Origin: an uncultured delta proteobacterium
GTDB taxonomy: Bacteria; Desulfobacterota; RBG-13-43-22
DNA length: 64,000 bases
Direction of reading: 5' to 3'
Assembly (NCBI GenBank): GCA_963790475.1
Contig: CAWBOS010000010.1
Span: forward strand, 960,001-1,024,000
The notes under the pieces were generated by a model, which was not told the origin of the DNA, did not search any database, and worked only from the letters and a program-made list of their open reading frames with translations. This document shows, in pieces, positions 48,899-58,774 of this stretch (positions within the stretch are counted from its first letter, which is position 1; the number at the start of each line of letters is the position of its first letter). A program made the position numbers and the translations under genes.

Positions 48899-50413
48899 TC
48901 ATTGATTTGAATGGCGTTGTCGAAGTTCCTGGCGGAGGACTTTGCCTACGGGATTTCTGGGTATCAGGTCAATGAATTCAATGTATTTTGGGCACTTGTA
49001 TTTTCCCAAACTTTCTTGACAATAGGGAATCAGTTCCTGATCGCTAATGGAAAAACCCGGCTTCAGGACCACAAAGGCCTTGATCTCTTCCCCCATGATT
49101 GGATCCGGCACCCCGATAACCGCCACGTCCTGAACCGCCGGATGCTCATAGATCACCTCTTCAACATCCCAAGGATAAATGTTGAGTCCACCCCGGATAA
49201 TGAGATCTTTTTTGCGATCTACAATAAACAAATAACCATCTTCATCCATTCTGGCCATATCCCCAGTGTAAAGCCAGCCGTTTCGAAAGGCTTGCCCCGT
49301 CTCTTCAGGCATTTTATAGTATCCCGGAGAGACATTAGGCCCCCTGACGATCAGCTCTCCGATTTTTTCGACCGGCAAATCATTATCTTCTTCATCCACA
49401 ATTCGAACTTCCACTCCGGGGATAGGTATTCCAATGGAGCCCGGTTTCTGCGGCATGTCCGGCCTGTGTCTGGCTACGATAGGGGCCGCTTCGGAAAGAC
49501 CATAGCCCTCCCAGACCGGACACCCGAATTTTTCCTGGAAACCTCTCAAGATATCCAGGGGGAGAGGTGCTGATCCGCACCCGCAGCGCCTGAGGGAGGA
49601 TAAGTCATAATTATAAGCCAGGGGGCTGTTGAGCATCATGGCAAACATGGCTGGAGAGCCGGAAAATCCGGTCACTTTATATTTTTCTATAAGACGGAAG
49701 GCCTCCTCGGTGTCAAACCAGCGCATAAGGACATTTTTTAGATTGAACAGATAGCTGGTATTCATTACCGTCAGGCCGTAGGAGTGAGACAGAGGCAGTA
49801 CCTGCAACCTCACATCGTCAGGCCGGACATCGGCAAAGGAGGCCGAATTGACCACATTGGAGTAAAGGTTCCGGTGGGTCAACATTACCCCCTTTGGTTC
49901 CCCGGTGGTCCCTGCGGTGTAAAGGATCACGGCCAGGTCGTATTCATCAATTTCATTGATAGCCGGCTTCCCGGAACTCCGCTCAATCAGGTCCCAGAAT
50001 TTAATCGTTTCCGGTATCTCCTCTGGTTCCACGATAAGGATATGTTTCAAGGTTTCCAGGACGGGCCGGACTTTCCTGATCTTACTCATCAAATTTTTGT
50101 TGGTGATCAAGACCTTGGCTTCGGAATTTCTTAAGATGTGCATTATCTCTCTCTCGCCCAGGAAAGAGATTGCCGGCACAATGATGCCTCCAGCCCGGAG
50201 TATCCCCTGATAGCTGATGAGGACTTCGGGGCTGTTCATAAGCATCACCATGACCTTATCCCCCATCCCTACCCCTAACTCCTTAAGACCGTTGGCCAGT
50301 TGGTCGGCAAAACGAAGCAACTGAAGATTGGTATACTCTTGACCTTCAAATATGACGGATACCTGTTCGCCGAAGTTCCTGTAATGCTGATCGGCCAGTT
50401 CAACCAGATTCAT
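48899..50413 (-). CDS. Long-chain acyl-CoA synthetase (FadD-like)
   Basis: YTAGTTGEPKG, EGYGLSE, TGDMA, DRKKDLIIRGG, terminal VGKVLR. Confidence 0.92.
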   Translation of the reverse strand: MNLVELADQHYRNFGEQVSVIFEGQEYTNLQLLRFADQLANGLKELGVGMGDKVMVMLMNSPEVLISYQGILRAGGIIVPAISFLGEREIMHILRNSEAKVLITNKNLMSKIRKVRPVLETLKHILIVEPEEIPETIKFWDLIERSSGKPAINEIDEYDLAVILYTAGTTGEPKGVMLTHRNLYSNVVNSASFADVRPDDVRLQVLPLSHSYGLTVMNTSYLFNLKNVLMRWFDTEEAFRLIEKYKVTGFSGSPAMFAMMLNSPLAYNYDLSSLRRCGCGSAPLPLDILRGFQEKFGCPVWEGYGLSEAAPIVARHRPDMPQKPGSIGIPIPGVEVRIVDEEDNDLPVEKIGELIVRGPNVSPGYYKMPEETGQAFRNGWLYTGDMARMDEDGYLFIVDRKKDLIIRGGLNIYPWDVEEVIYEHPAVQDVAVIGVPDPIMGEEIKAFVVLKPGFSISDQELIPYCQESLGKYKCPKYIEFIDLIPRNPVGKVLRQELRQRHSNQ

Positions 50414-50851
50414 TCCTTTTCCTCCGTCAGGACACCGACTGGTGTTTCCCTTCTGACTCTAGTCGAAACAGACAAATGAAAGGTTATTGTTTCGAGCGCT
50501 CGTTTCCCTGACATCCATGTTGCGATAAGGTTGGCTTGTTGTCTAAAGGACCGGCCAAGGTCTTTGAGACCAGCCGTCTTTTTTGAAGGGATGGAATCTT
50601 CTTCTTAATATAAAGATATAAAGGGAGAATCTAATAAATGTCAAGGGAAAAAGGCTCAGCCCGGACGATAAAAAGGGAATCCTAGACAGAGGCCCGGTTA
50701 ATAAATTATTGCATCTTTGATCTTCATTGTGATAACAATAAATGGCTTTCGGAAAACATCCCCTTTTACCCAATTCCTGTGTCAGACTCAAATTCTTTAA
50801 CCCGCGTCCTATTACTTGGCTCCGTTATGAACCGGCACCCCGTATGCTGCC

Positions 50852-51253
50852 GCCTAACCAGGGAATCCCCTTTGATTCCGTCACCGGGACAAAAAAAGCG
50901 TCACCCTGAACTTGAGCCAGCCGGAAGGGATCGACCTGGCCAAAAGACTGGCGGCCCTTAGCGATGTGGTTATTGATAATATGCGCCCGGACGCCATGAT
51001 CAAAATGGGATTGGGCTATGAAGTATTAAAGAACATTAAACCGGACCTCATCGTCATCTCCTCCTCCGGCAGAGGACAGGAGGGACCGGAAACGGAATAT
51101 CTCGGATTTGCCACCATACCTCAAAGGATTGGGGGGCTGACTTATATGTCAGGGTATCCGGATGGCCATCCCACCTTACGGTACGGCAGGAGATGCGGAT
51201 CTGATGAATGCCACCGGTACGGCCTTTTCAGTGCTGGCCGCCCTTTATCACGG
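50852..51253 (+). pseudogene. CoA-transferase family III (CaiB/BaiF) fragment
   Basis: RDKKSVTLNLSQPEG...DVVIDNMRP...GLGYE...G.EGP; frameshifts on both sides; N- and C-termini missing. Confidence 0.75.
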
Positions 51254-51349
51254 CCCGATGCAGTTCTGGAGTTAAGACCGGCTCTTCCTGAGCCTGAAGG
51301 GTGAGCGCCTCCTCTTTGGAAAGAAACCCAAACTGCCTAATGCGATCTA

Positions 51350-54151
51350 TCATCCTACGGACTCTGACATCAGCAGCGCCACGGGGAAATGCTGAAAGAT
51401 CTCACCAGCCCACAGAGTTTGGTCACCCGAAAGAACCTGGCCGGTCAACATATTGCGCCAGAGCGACGGAGCCGGTTCACGCAGTATCACCCTTGTGTCC
51501 TGCCATACCTCCGGACCGAGAGGTAGCCCCCCATACCCAACTAAGACAGTGAGGAACCTCGGAACTACAGTCACGGACCACGCTGAAGCGTCGCGTCTGG
51601 CAAAGGCAATGAGATGTTTCCTGAATCGCCCCGCGACGGCCAGAGGGTTATAAGCGCCCTTTTGGAAGATGTTTGCGCTTGCCTTGCGCGCGTTGAGCGC
51701 TTGAACGATAAGAAAGAGCTTCACTCTCCCGTCCTCTTTCAACGTCAGAAGCTCTTGGATCAATTCCAGGACGTCGGTCTCAATTCTACGACGAATCTCC
51801 CGGAGGTGCTGGACCCGCAGTCCGAAATCTACTGGTCGTCGGTTATCCGGATCTACAAAATTGAGATCCCACAGCTCGGCACCTTGGTAGAAACCCGGCA
51901 CCCCCGGTGCAGTAATCTTGAGCAGGGTCTGCGAGAGCGAATTGAAGACGCCGTAGTGGGCAACTTTGACCTGGAATGGCTTCAATTCCTGAAGAAAGGC
52001 ATTCGATTCCTCCGGAAGCAAAATGCTTTCCACGAATGAAACGTAGGCATCCTCGTATTCCAGGTCCGGCTGGAGCCAAGCCGTATGCACCTTGGCCTCC
52101 CGCACGGCTTTAACAACGTAGGTCTTAATCCGTTCCAGGAATTGCGGATACTCCGTCTCTTGAAAAGGCCAGGCTCCAATCAGGGTCTGATAAAGGAAGT
52201 ATTCGTCGTTCGCATCCGGAACCAGCATACCCCGGACTCGCTTCTTCTTGGTCTTGTTGAGTCGACTCCACGAACGGACGTTTTTCTTCCATTCTGTCGG
52301 GATTTCCGAAAGGACGTTGATTCTGGCCCTGACGTCTTCTCCCCGCTTTGTATCGTGAGTAGCCGTGGCGCTCAAAGCATGCGGCCACGTTTTGCATCTC
52401 TTGGCATTGAAGGCGTGAAACTGGGATAGGGAACATCCGAATCTGCCGGGATTACTCCCCACCTCATTCAGCGACAGCAGGCGGTTATATACATACAGCA
52501 TGGTATCTTCAAACCCCTTGGCCATCAGTGCCCCTGTGTACTGTTGAAATCTCATTGTAAATTGAATCCAGTGTGCTCTTTCTTCGTCGGAAAGATATCC
52601 GGGAAAGTCTAATAAGAGAAATCTTTCAAGGAAGGCCAATTCGTGCAGCAGACCCGGATTGTCGCTTCGAGCCCTTTCCACCGCTTGCCGTATGATCTGT
52701 TTGTCTTCCTCCGACACAATCGACTGACGGGTATAGGTGCGATAGACCGGAAACCCTGCCAGCAATTCGGTCAAGGCCCTGCCCAGCCCGTAAAGGGTAA
52801 GGTCACTGCCGTAGCGGTCACGACCGGAGATATTCCTTACCCGATAGGCTAAGTTGGCAACATCTCCCGCCATATCGTTTCGAATAATCAAACGCCTTGT
52901 TTGGCGCAGAAGATGTCCGTAGGAACGCTTCGATCCCGTCAGGGTCTCATAGAGGGTAGAGAACTTCTTGGCGTTGGCGCGATCACAGAACAATCCATTG
53001 AGGCAATTGAGGAAATCGTAACCGGTTGTCCCCTGGACAGACCAGTAATTAGGCAAGGTTTCGTCCATCGCCAGAATTTTTTCCACGATTAAGTAGGCCT
53101 GCGGAAGTTTTTCTCTCAGCCGTCGGAGATAGGTGGCAGGATCGTACAGACCATCCACGTGGTCAACTCTCAACCCCGAAAAGATTCCTTTCTCCAACAT
53201 TTCCATAACGAGCCGATGCGTATGATCGAAGACATCCTCATACTCCACTCTCATAGAAATCAAGCCATTGATATTAAAGAACCTCCGGTAGTTTATTTCT
53301 TCAGCTCCAACCTTCCAGAAGGCCAAGCGAAAGAGTTGCCGGCACAGAAGGTCATCTAACAGATTGAAACTCTCAGCCTCTCCTGATATCCCGTTCAATG
53401 TTTGTATGTTCGAATCTACAAACCGCCTTATTTCGCTTTGATTGCTATAAAACTCCCACAACCGGCGTTTGAGGAACCTGATCTGATCTGTGCGCTCTTC
53501 CGACTCGCCACTTGAAGAAATGGTTTTCAGCACGTCCAATAGGCCGACAAATTGGATGAAATCAGGGTGATTTTCACCCAGTCGGGTTTTGAATAAGGCC
53601 AAGTGGTAGCTGAACACTGGTATGTAGGAATCGATTCGGAGTGGGAATTTCCTCTCGAAATAGCAGATACTTAATCCATCGGCGTCATAGGTGAGCCTGA
53701 TCTCTCCATCTTCAAGACACCCACCATAGAATCGACCAAGAAAGGGAGCCAGAAGCCTGCCCTTCATACCCGCATCGGGATGATCCCAGTCTATGTCAAA
53801 GAAATGAAAGAACGGCGAGGCCTCGCCGATTTCCAGGACTTCCCTGAGCATCTGGTTCTCGTAAGAATAGGCCATATGATTGGGGACAATGTCCTGTATC
53901 CATCCCATTTGGCGCCCATGCAAGGCTTCCGAAAGGCGATCGAGATCCGCTCGCGTCCCCAACTCCGAATTGATAGCATTGGGGTCCACCACGTCGTAAC
54001 CGTGAAGACTGCCTTTTCCGGCTTTAAAAATTGGGGAAGCATACAGGTCCGTGATCCCAAGTTCCGCGAGATAGGGTACGATCTCTTCCGCGTCCCGGAA
54101 ACCGAACGCAGGATTGAATTGAATCCGATAGGTCGCGGTTGGCCTATTCAT
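51350..54151 (-). CDS. treY: Malto-oligosyltrehalose synthase
   Basis: PTATYRIQF, LYASPI, DIVPNHMA, INYRRFF, GLRVDHVDGLYDP, VEKIL, ATHDTKRGED, DPDNRRPVDF. Confidence 0.95.
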   Translation of the reverse strand: MNRPTATYRIQFNPAFGFRDAEEIVPYLAELGITDLYASPIFKAGKGSLHGYDVVDPNAINSELGTRADLDRLSEALHGRQMGWIQDIVPNHMAYSYENQMLREVLEIGEASPFFHFFDIDWDHPDAGMKGRLLAPFLGRFYGGCLEDGEIRLTYDADGLSICYFERKFPLRIDSYIPVFSYHLALFKTRLGENHPDFIQFVGLLDVLKTISSSGESEERTDQIRFLKRRLWEFYSNQSEIRRFVDSNIQTLNGISGEAESFNLLDDLLCRQLFRLAFWKVGAEEINYRRFFNINGLISMRVEYEDVFDHTHRLVMEMLEKGIFSGLRVDHVDGLYDPATYLRRLREKLPQAYLIVEKILAMDETLPNYWSVQGTTGYDFLNCLNGLFCDRANAKKFSTLYETLTGSKRSYGHLLRQTRRLIIRNDMAGDVANLAYRVRNISGRDRYGSDLTLYGLGRALTELLAGFPVYRTYTRQSIVSEEDKQIIRQAVERARSDNPGLLHELAFLERFLLLDFPGYLSDEERAHWIQFTMRFQQYTGALMAKGFEDTMLYVYNRLLSLNEVGSNPGRFGCSLSQFHAFNAKRCKTWPHALSATATHDTKRGEDVRARINVLSEIPTEWKKNVRSWSRLNKTKKKRVRGMLVPDANDEYFLYQTLIGAWPFQETEYPQFLERIKTYVVKAVREAKVHTAWLQPDLEYEDAYVSFVESILLPEESNAFLQELKPFQVKVAHYGVFNSLSQTLLKITAPGVPGFYQGAELWDLNFVDPDNRRPVDFGLRVQHLREIRRRIETDVLELIQELLTLKEDGRVKLFLIVQALNARKASANIFQKGAYNPLAVAGRFRKHLIAFARRDASAWSVTVVPRFLTVLVGYGGLPLGPEVWQDTRVILREPAPSLWRNMLTGQVLSGDQTLWAGEIFQHFPVALLMSESVG

Positions 54152-54169
54152 GAGAGACTTTCCGGGATG

Positions 54170-56626
54170 CTATCCATTTGCCGGTTGGCTGTTTACGGGG
54201 CAGGTGGGCACCCGCAGCAAAAAATTCTCAGCCAGGACCGTGTATTGGCGTAGCCATTCTTGGGCGTCTTGGTCGCCCCGGCCGGCATCCTCCTTGAAGA
54301 TGGGACAATGGGCTTGAAGGATCTTGTAGCAGATGTTTTGGGTTTTCCAGAGATTAATCTCGAAGGGCAAGGTCCGAACCAGTTGGGCCGCCTTATTCAA
54401 CCTCTCCAGACGAGGAAGGTCTAAAGGTTGCTCGAGAAGTTGTTCGGCCAGACTCTCAATGTTGACGGCCAGTAACAAGCCCAGAGCCGTCGCATCCAGA
54501 GTGGCGCCGGCCAAACGGGCTTCTTCCAGAAGAGGTCTGACGACTTCTGAGTCGAGCCCGTCCCCTTGAAGCACCCGGCGCAGCTTGGCATTCAAGCACA
54601 AGTCCGCGGCGACCGACAGGACTTGAGGCCGTGGCGTGCCGGACCCGGTCAGAAAGCGAATCAAGGAAGCATGGTGCTCATAAATCGAGCTATAGGCCGC
54701 TTCAGCCTCTCTCAGAGTCGGCCCCATGATGATGTTCAGGACCTTTCGTCGCTCATCGGCAAACAACGAGAGCAGAGAGTACGTAGACGTCCCAAAGTAT
54801 TTACCCAGCAGAAGTATGGTCTTCGGAAAGTCCGCGCCGGCGAAAGCCGCGGAAATCTCTTGGACCAGGGCTTCATATTTTTGCGCGCCCTGATATTCCC
54901 CGGTGCCGCAGGCGATACTATGATCACCAAGATGCAGAACGCCAAAGCACAGGCTGGAGGATATGCGTGTAACCTCTGAAGTGACCGTGGCCCGCCCGAT
55001 TACCAGCCTTGAGCCTCCGACCTGAAAACTGCGGTAGTCCTCTTGGGTGGCGGAATAGGCATAGATCGAGCTGCGTTCGCCGATGTCATGGAATAGCGAG
55101 CTTAAGGCATAGTGGGCGCCCACGTCTTTCATATCGAGCATGACCGGCCTGACAAATTTCTCATAGATGATCCGACCGTCACGGTGTTCCGGCAGGTTAC
55201 TCTTGGCCCGTTCAAGATGTTCGAGAAAGCCAGGTTCGAAGGAGTCGCTAAAAAGCTGGTCAGCCAATTGCAGAACCCGGCCGGCGTATTTTATGACCTG
55301 AACCGTCTCAATCCCGGAAAGCTCGTCAAAAAACCAACCGCAACTGGTGTACATGAGCATGGCGTTGCGTTGGAGCTCCATAAGCATCAGGACCGTGATC
55401 TCATCCCCGGAGTTTAAAGGGCGAGTTGCGTGGCGGTTCATAAACGTCCTGATTCGCTCGGGTGATCGTTCCACGATGATGTCGATGTAGTCGTCTCGAG
55501 CCGCCCAGGGATCGGTCAGAAACTGTTTGGCCATTTGTTCAAAAGCCGGATTCACGGCATCGCGGAGCCAGTCCAGGGCCGCCCGCAGGGGGGCTCGCCA
55601 GGCCTGGTTCCAACCCGGGTGGCCGCCGCTGTTGCATCCGCAATCGGACCGCCAACGTTCAATGCCGTGCTCGCAGCTCCAGGAGCTGTTTTCAAAGATT
55701 TCCACTTCGTTTGCCGGTGGATGATCCTCCAGGTACCGGCCATAATTCGTCACCTGGGCCAGCCCGTTGGACTCGATGTGATGGAGCGCATGCGCCAGCG
55801 CCATGTCGCCGTAGCGATGATGATGCCCATAGCTTTCGCCATCGGTGGCGATGTGGACGAGGCGAGGAGAGTCGTCGGCGAAGGCGGACAGCAACCGGTT
55901 GGCAAAGGTCTCTCCGTTATTGAGCAATCCTTCAAAAGCCAGAGCCTGGGCAATGGGACCGTCGTAAAAGAACAGGTTCATCACGCGGCCGGACGGCAGC
56001 GACACCCGGTAAGCTATGGCCGGATAGATTTTTCCACCGCTCACGTCCTGCCATTCATTAGCATGAATGGGCCGAACCCGGCTTGCCTGTCTGGGGGCAA
56101 GGATGGCAAAGCCGATGCCGTGTTGGGACATGAGGTCCAGGGTTTCCAGATCAACTGCCGTCTCCGGGAGCCACAACCCTTCCGGCTTGCGTCCAAAGCG
56201 ATATTCAAAATCTTTTATTCCCCAGATAATCTGGGTTTTCTTGTCCCGGCTGTTGGCCAGCGGTAGGATCATGTGATTGTAGGCCTGGGCCAAGGCATTT
56301 CCATGACCGGAGAATTTGTCTAGGCTCTGTCGGTCACCCTCTAGAATGGCCTCATAGGCTTCGGCGGCAAAATTTTGCATCCAGAGCAAGACTGTCGGAC
56401 CGAAGTTGAAGCTTATACTGGCGTAATTATTTACCAGTTGGGCGATTCGTCCTTCCCTGTCCCAAATTCTCGACACGGCGTTGGCCGCGTAGCATTCTGC
56501 GGTAATCCGCTCGTTCCAGTCGTGGTATGGGAACGCCGAATCCTGGATCTCAATGGCCTCCAGCCAGGGGCTTTCCCGGGGAGGCTGATAAAAATGCCCA
56601 TGGATACAAATGAATCGGTTCACCAT
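54170..56626 (-). CDS. GH57 glycoside hydrolase with DUF3536 domain
   Basis: IHGHFYQPPRE, WLPETAVD, ATDGESYGHH, SWSCEHG, MYTSCGWFFD. Confidence 0.9.
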   Translation of the reverse strand: MVNRFICIHGHFYQPPRESPWLEAIEIQDSAFPYHDWNERITAECYAANAVSRIWDREGRIAQLVNNYASISFNFGPTVLLWMQNFAAEAYEAILEGDRQSLDKFSGHGNALAQAYNHMILPLANSRDKKTQIIWGIKDFEYRFGRKPEGLWLPETAVDLETLDLMSQHGIGFAILAPRQASRVRPIHANEWQDVSGGKIYPAIAYRVSLPSGRVMNLFFYDGPIAQALAFEGLLNNGETFANRLLSAFADDSPRLVHIATDGESYGHHHRYGDMALAHALHHIESNGLAQVTNYGRYLEDHPPANEVEIFENSSWSCEHGIERWRSDCGCNSGGHPGWNQAWRAPLRAALDWLRDAVNPAFEQMAKQFLTDPWAARDDYIDIIVERSPERIRTFMNRHATRPLNSGDEITVLMLMELQRNAMLMYTSCGWFFDELSGIETVQVIKYAGRVLQLADQLFSDSFEPGFLEHLERAKSNLPEHRDGRIIYEKFVRPVMLDMKDVGAHYALSSLFHDIGERSSIYAYSATQEDYRSFQVGGSRLVIGRATVTSEVTRISSSLCFGVLHLGDHSIACGTGEYQGAQKYEALVQEISAAFAGADFPKTILLLGKYFGTSTYSLLSLFADERRKVLNIIMGPTLREAEAAYSSIYEHHASLIRFLTGSGTPRPQVLSVAADLCLNAKLRRVLQGDGLDSEVVRPLLEEARLAGATLDATALGLLLAVNIESLAEQLLEQPLDLPRLERLNKAAQLVRTLPFEINLWKTQNICYKILQAHCPIFKEDAGRGDQDAQEWLRQYTVLAENFLLRVPTCPVNSQPANG

Positions 56627-56627
56627 T

Positions 56628-56842
56628 TTAGGACTCCTTTTGCAGACTTACAATGAGAAAGGCCTTTTGAGTTAAAGTCACCGAGACTTCTCCATCTGAA
56701 TGCAGCATTGTGGGCAGGTCGCCGCCCGGACCGTTCCATCGTTCATCTCCCGACGATAGGCGTTTCAGCCAGCAACCGTGGGTTAAAGGGATGTGAGGAA
56801 CGCCGCTGCGTCCCCAAAATGAAATATGGCGGCAACCCCTCC
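56628..56842 (-). pseudogene. 3' remnant of a gene resembling treZ (malto-oligosyltrehalose trehalohydrolase)
   Basis: Minus strand reads VAAIFHFGD..(shift)..WLKRLSSGDERWNGPGGDLPTMLHSDGEVSVTLTQKAFLIVSLQKES*, ending 1 nt before the GH57 start. Confidence 0.55.
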
Positions 56843-57164
56843 TTAAGGATATCCCACCAAAATTATTATAAATGATAAATAATATATTGACAAATATTTT
56901 TTTTGTTTTGGTTCCAATGGCTTGGGGGTCGAATTAGTCCAACCCCCTTAACTATCAAACGTCCCATTTTAGGCCTATGTTTTGCCTTAAACGGTTCTTT
57001 TCGGGGTCTAAATGACCCCCTGTAAGGCGTTGAGCATCTGCCGGGCGGGATTGGATACTGAGTTTCTAAAAAATTTCAGAGATGTGTTAAACCTCCACCT
57101 GATTTCACAGCCTTATCCTTGCGCGTTCCAGACCGCAGATCTTGGGAATTGGGAGAAAAAATTA

Positions 57165-58724
57165 TTATCCCATTTCAGGCTTAAGGATCAGACAGGAGAG
57201 GGGGGGCAGGGTTAAGGATAGGGAATAAGAGTAATCATGGAAAGGGGTCGGCTCGGTCCGGATTAAGCCGGCGTTACCCAAGTTACTGCCTCCATACCAC
57301 TCCGAATCGCTGTTGATGATTTCCCGATAGAAAGGAGCCTCGGGGACCCCGATACGATAACCCAGCCGGGGGACAGGGGTCAGGTTGAGTGCCACCACCA
57401 GCCAGCCTTCCTTGGATCGGCGTACATATGAGACAACCGACTGCTGCCAGTCCTGGCAGTCAATCCAGCGAAAGCCTTCCGGATGGTAATCCCATTGCCA
57501 GAGGGCCGGATCATTCAAGTAAATCCGGCCCAAATCGGCCAGGTAGGTTTGAAAGCCCTGGCGTAAGGGATCGGCCTGCAGGTGCCAGTCCAGACTCTGG
57601 TCATGGTCCCATTCCCGGTCCATGGCCAGTTCGGTGCCCATAAAAAGGAGTTTTTTGCCGGGGTGGGTATACATATAACCCAGGAGTGTCCTGAGATTGG
57701 CAAACTTTTTCCAAGTATCACCCGGCATCTTGGACAATAGAGATCCCTTGCCGTGCACCACCTCATCATGGGAAAGGGGCATGATAAAATTTTCCGTGTA
57801 TTCATAAAGCATGGAGAAGGTCAAATCATTGTGATGGGAACTCCGATGTATCGGATCCTTGGAAAAATAGAGGAGGGTGTCATTCATCCAGCCCATATTC
57901 CATTTGAAGGGGGCTATCTCCCGATAGGTCAGGGGGCGATAGCCCTCTTCCGGTATTCTGCGAAACGAGCCCAGATGACATTCATAAGTGGCCATAGGGG
58001 CATTTCGCAGATTAACTCTGGAACGGTTTTCTATCCAGGCTCCATCATTCCATTGATAGGTTGAAAGATCCCAGACCCGGGCACAGGCCCCCGGAGGATG
58101 TTCCATGGAAAAGGCCATGGGATCGGTTTTGATGCGAAGGTGACCGTCCTGCGTCTTAATCTCGAACTTATAAAGAATTCCCGGACCAAGATTAGGCACA
58201 AAAAGCTCCCAGATTCCCGAACTGCCCATAGCCCGCATGGGAAAGAGCCGGCCATCCCAGCGATTAAATTCTCCCAGGAGGCTGACCCGTTTGGCATTGG
58301 GAGCCCAGATGGAGAAGGAAACCCCGGAGACGCCCTCGATGGTTTTAAGATGAGCCCCAAGGTGCTCATAAAGTTTAAGGTGATTGCCTTCATTAAAAAG
58401 GTAAAGATCCATACCCCCCAGGGTGGGAAGAAAACGGTATGGATCCTCGGTCTCCCAAAGGTTTTCATCCGGGAAGGAGAAACGGAGACGATAGGGGAAA
58501 GGCCAGGGCTCTCCTTGTAGGTGGACTTCAAATATCCCACCGGGATGAATGAGGGGCATATCCAGAAATTGCCCCCCTGTTAATAGAGTAGCAGTGGAAG
58601 CACCCGGATGAAAGGCCCGAATAACCACCCCATTGATATCCCCCTGGTGATAGGGATGGCCCCCCAGGAGGTGATGAGGGTCGGAGTGCTCTCCCTTAAC
58701 TAAGGCATCCATTTCGGCTCTCAT
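57165..58724 (-). pseudogene. glgB: Glycogen branching enzyme with in-frame internal deletion of the catalytic core
   Basis: GlgB N-term (WAPNAKRVS, YECHLGSF) joins directly LTYREIAP|FKWNMGWMND; RVDAV and AEES motifs absent; 519 aa. Confidence 0.85.
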
Positions 58725-58774
58725 AATATTTCCCAGATGATGACCTTAAAAACGTTTACTTCCTCTCAACCCTT

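Noticed and set aside
56843-57160. Spacer with GGGGGTC/GACCCCC dyads as an IS end or ncRNA
   Set aside because: No transposase, matching terminal repeat or recognisable RNA family visible
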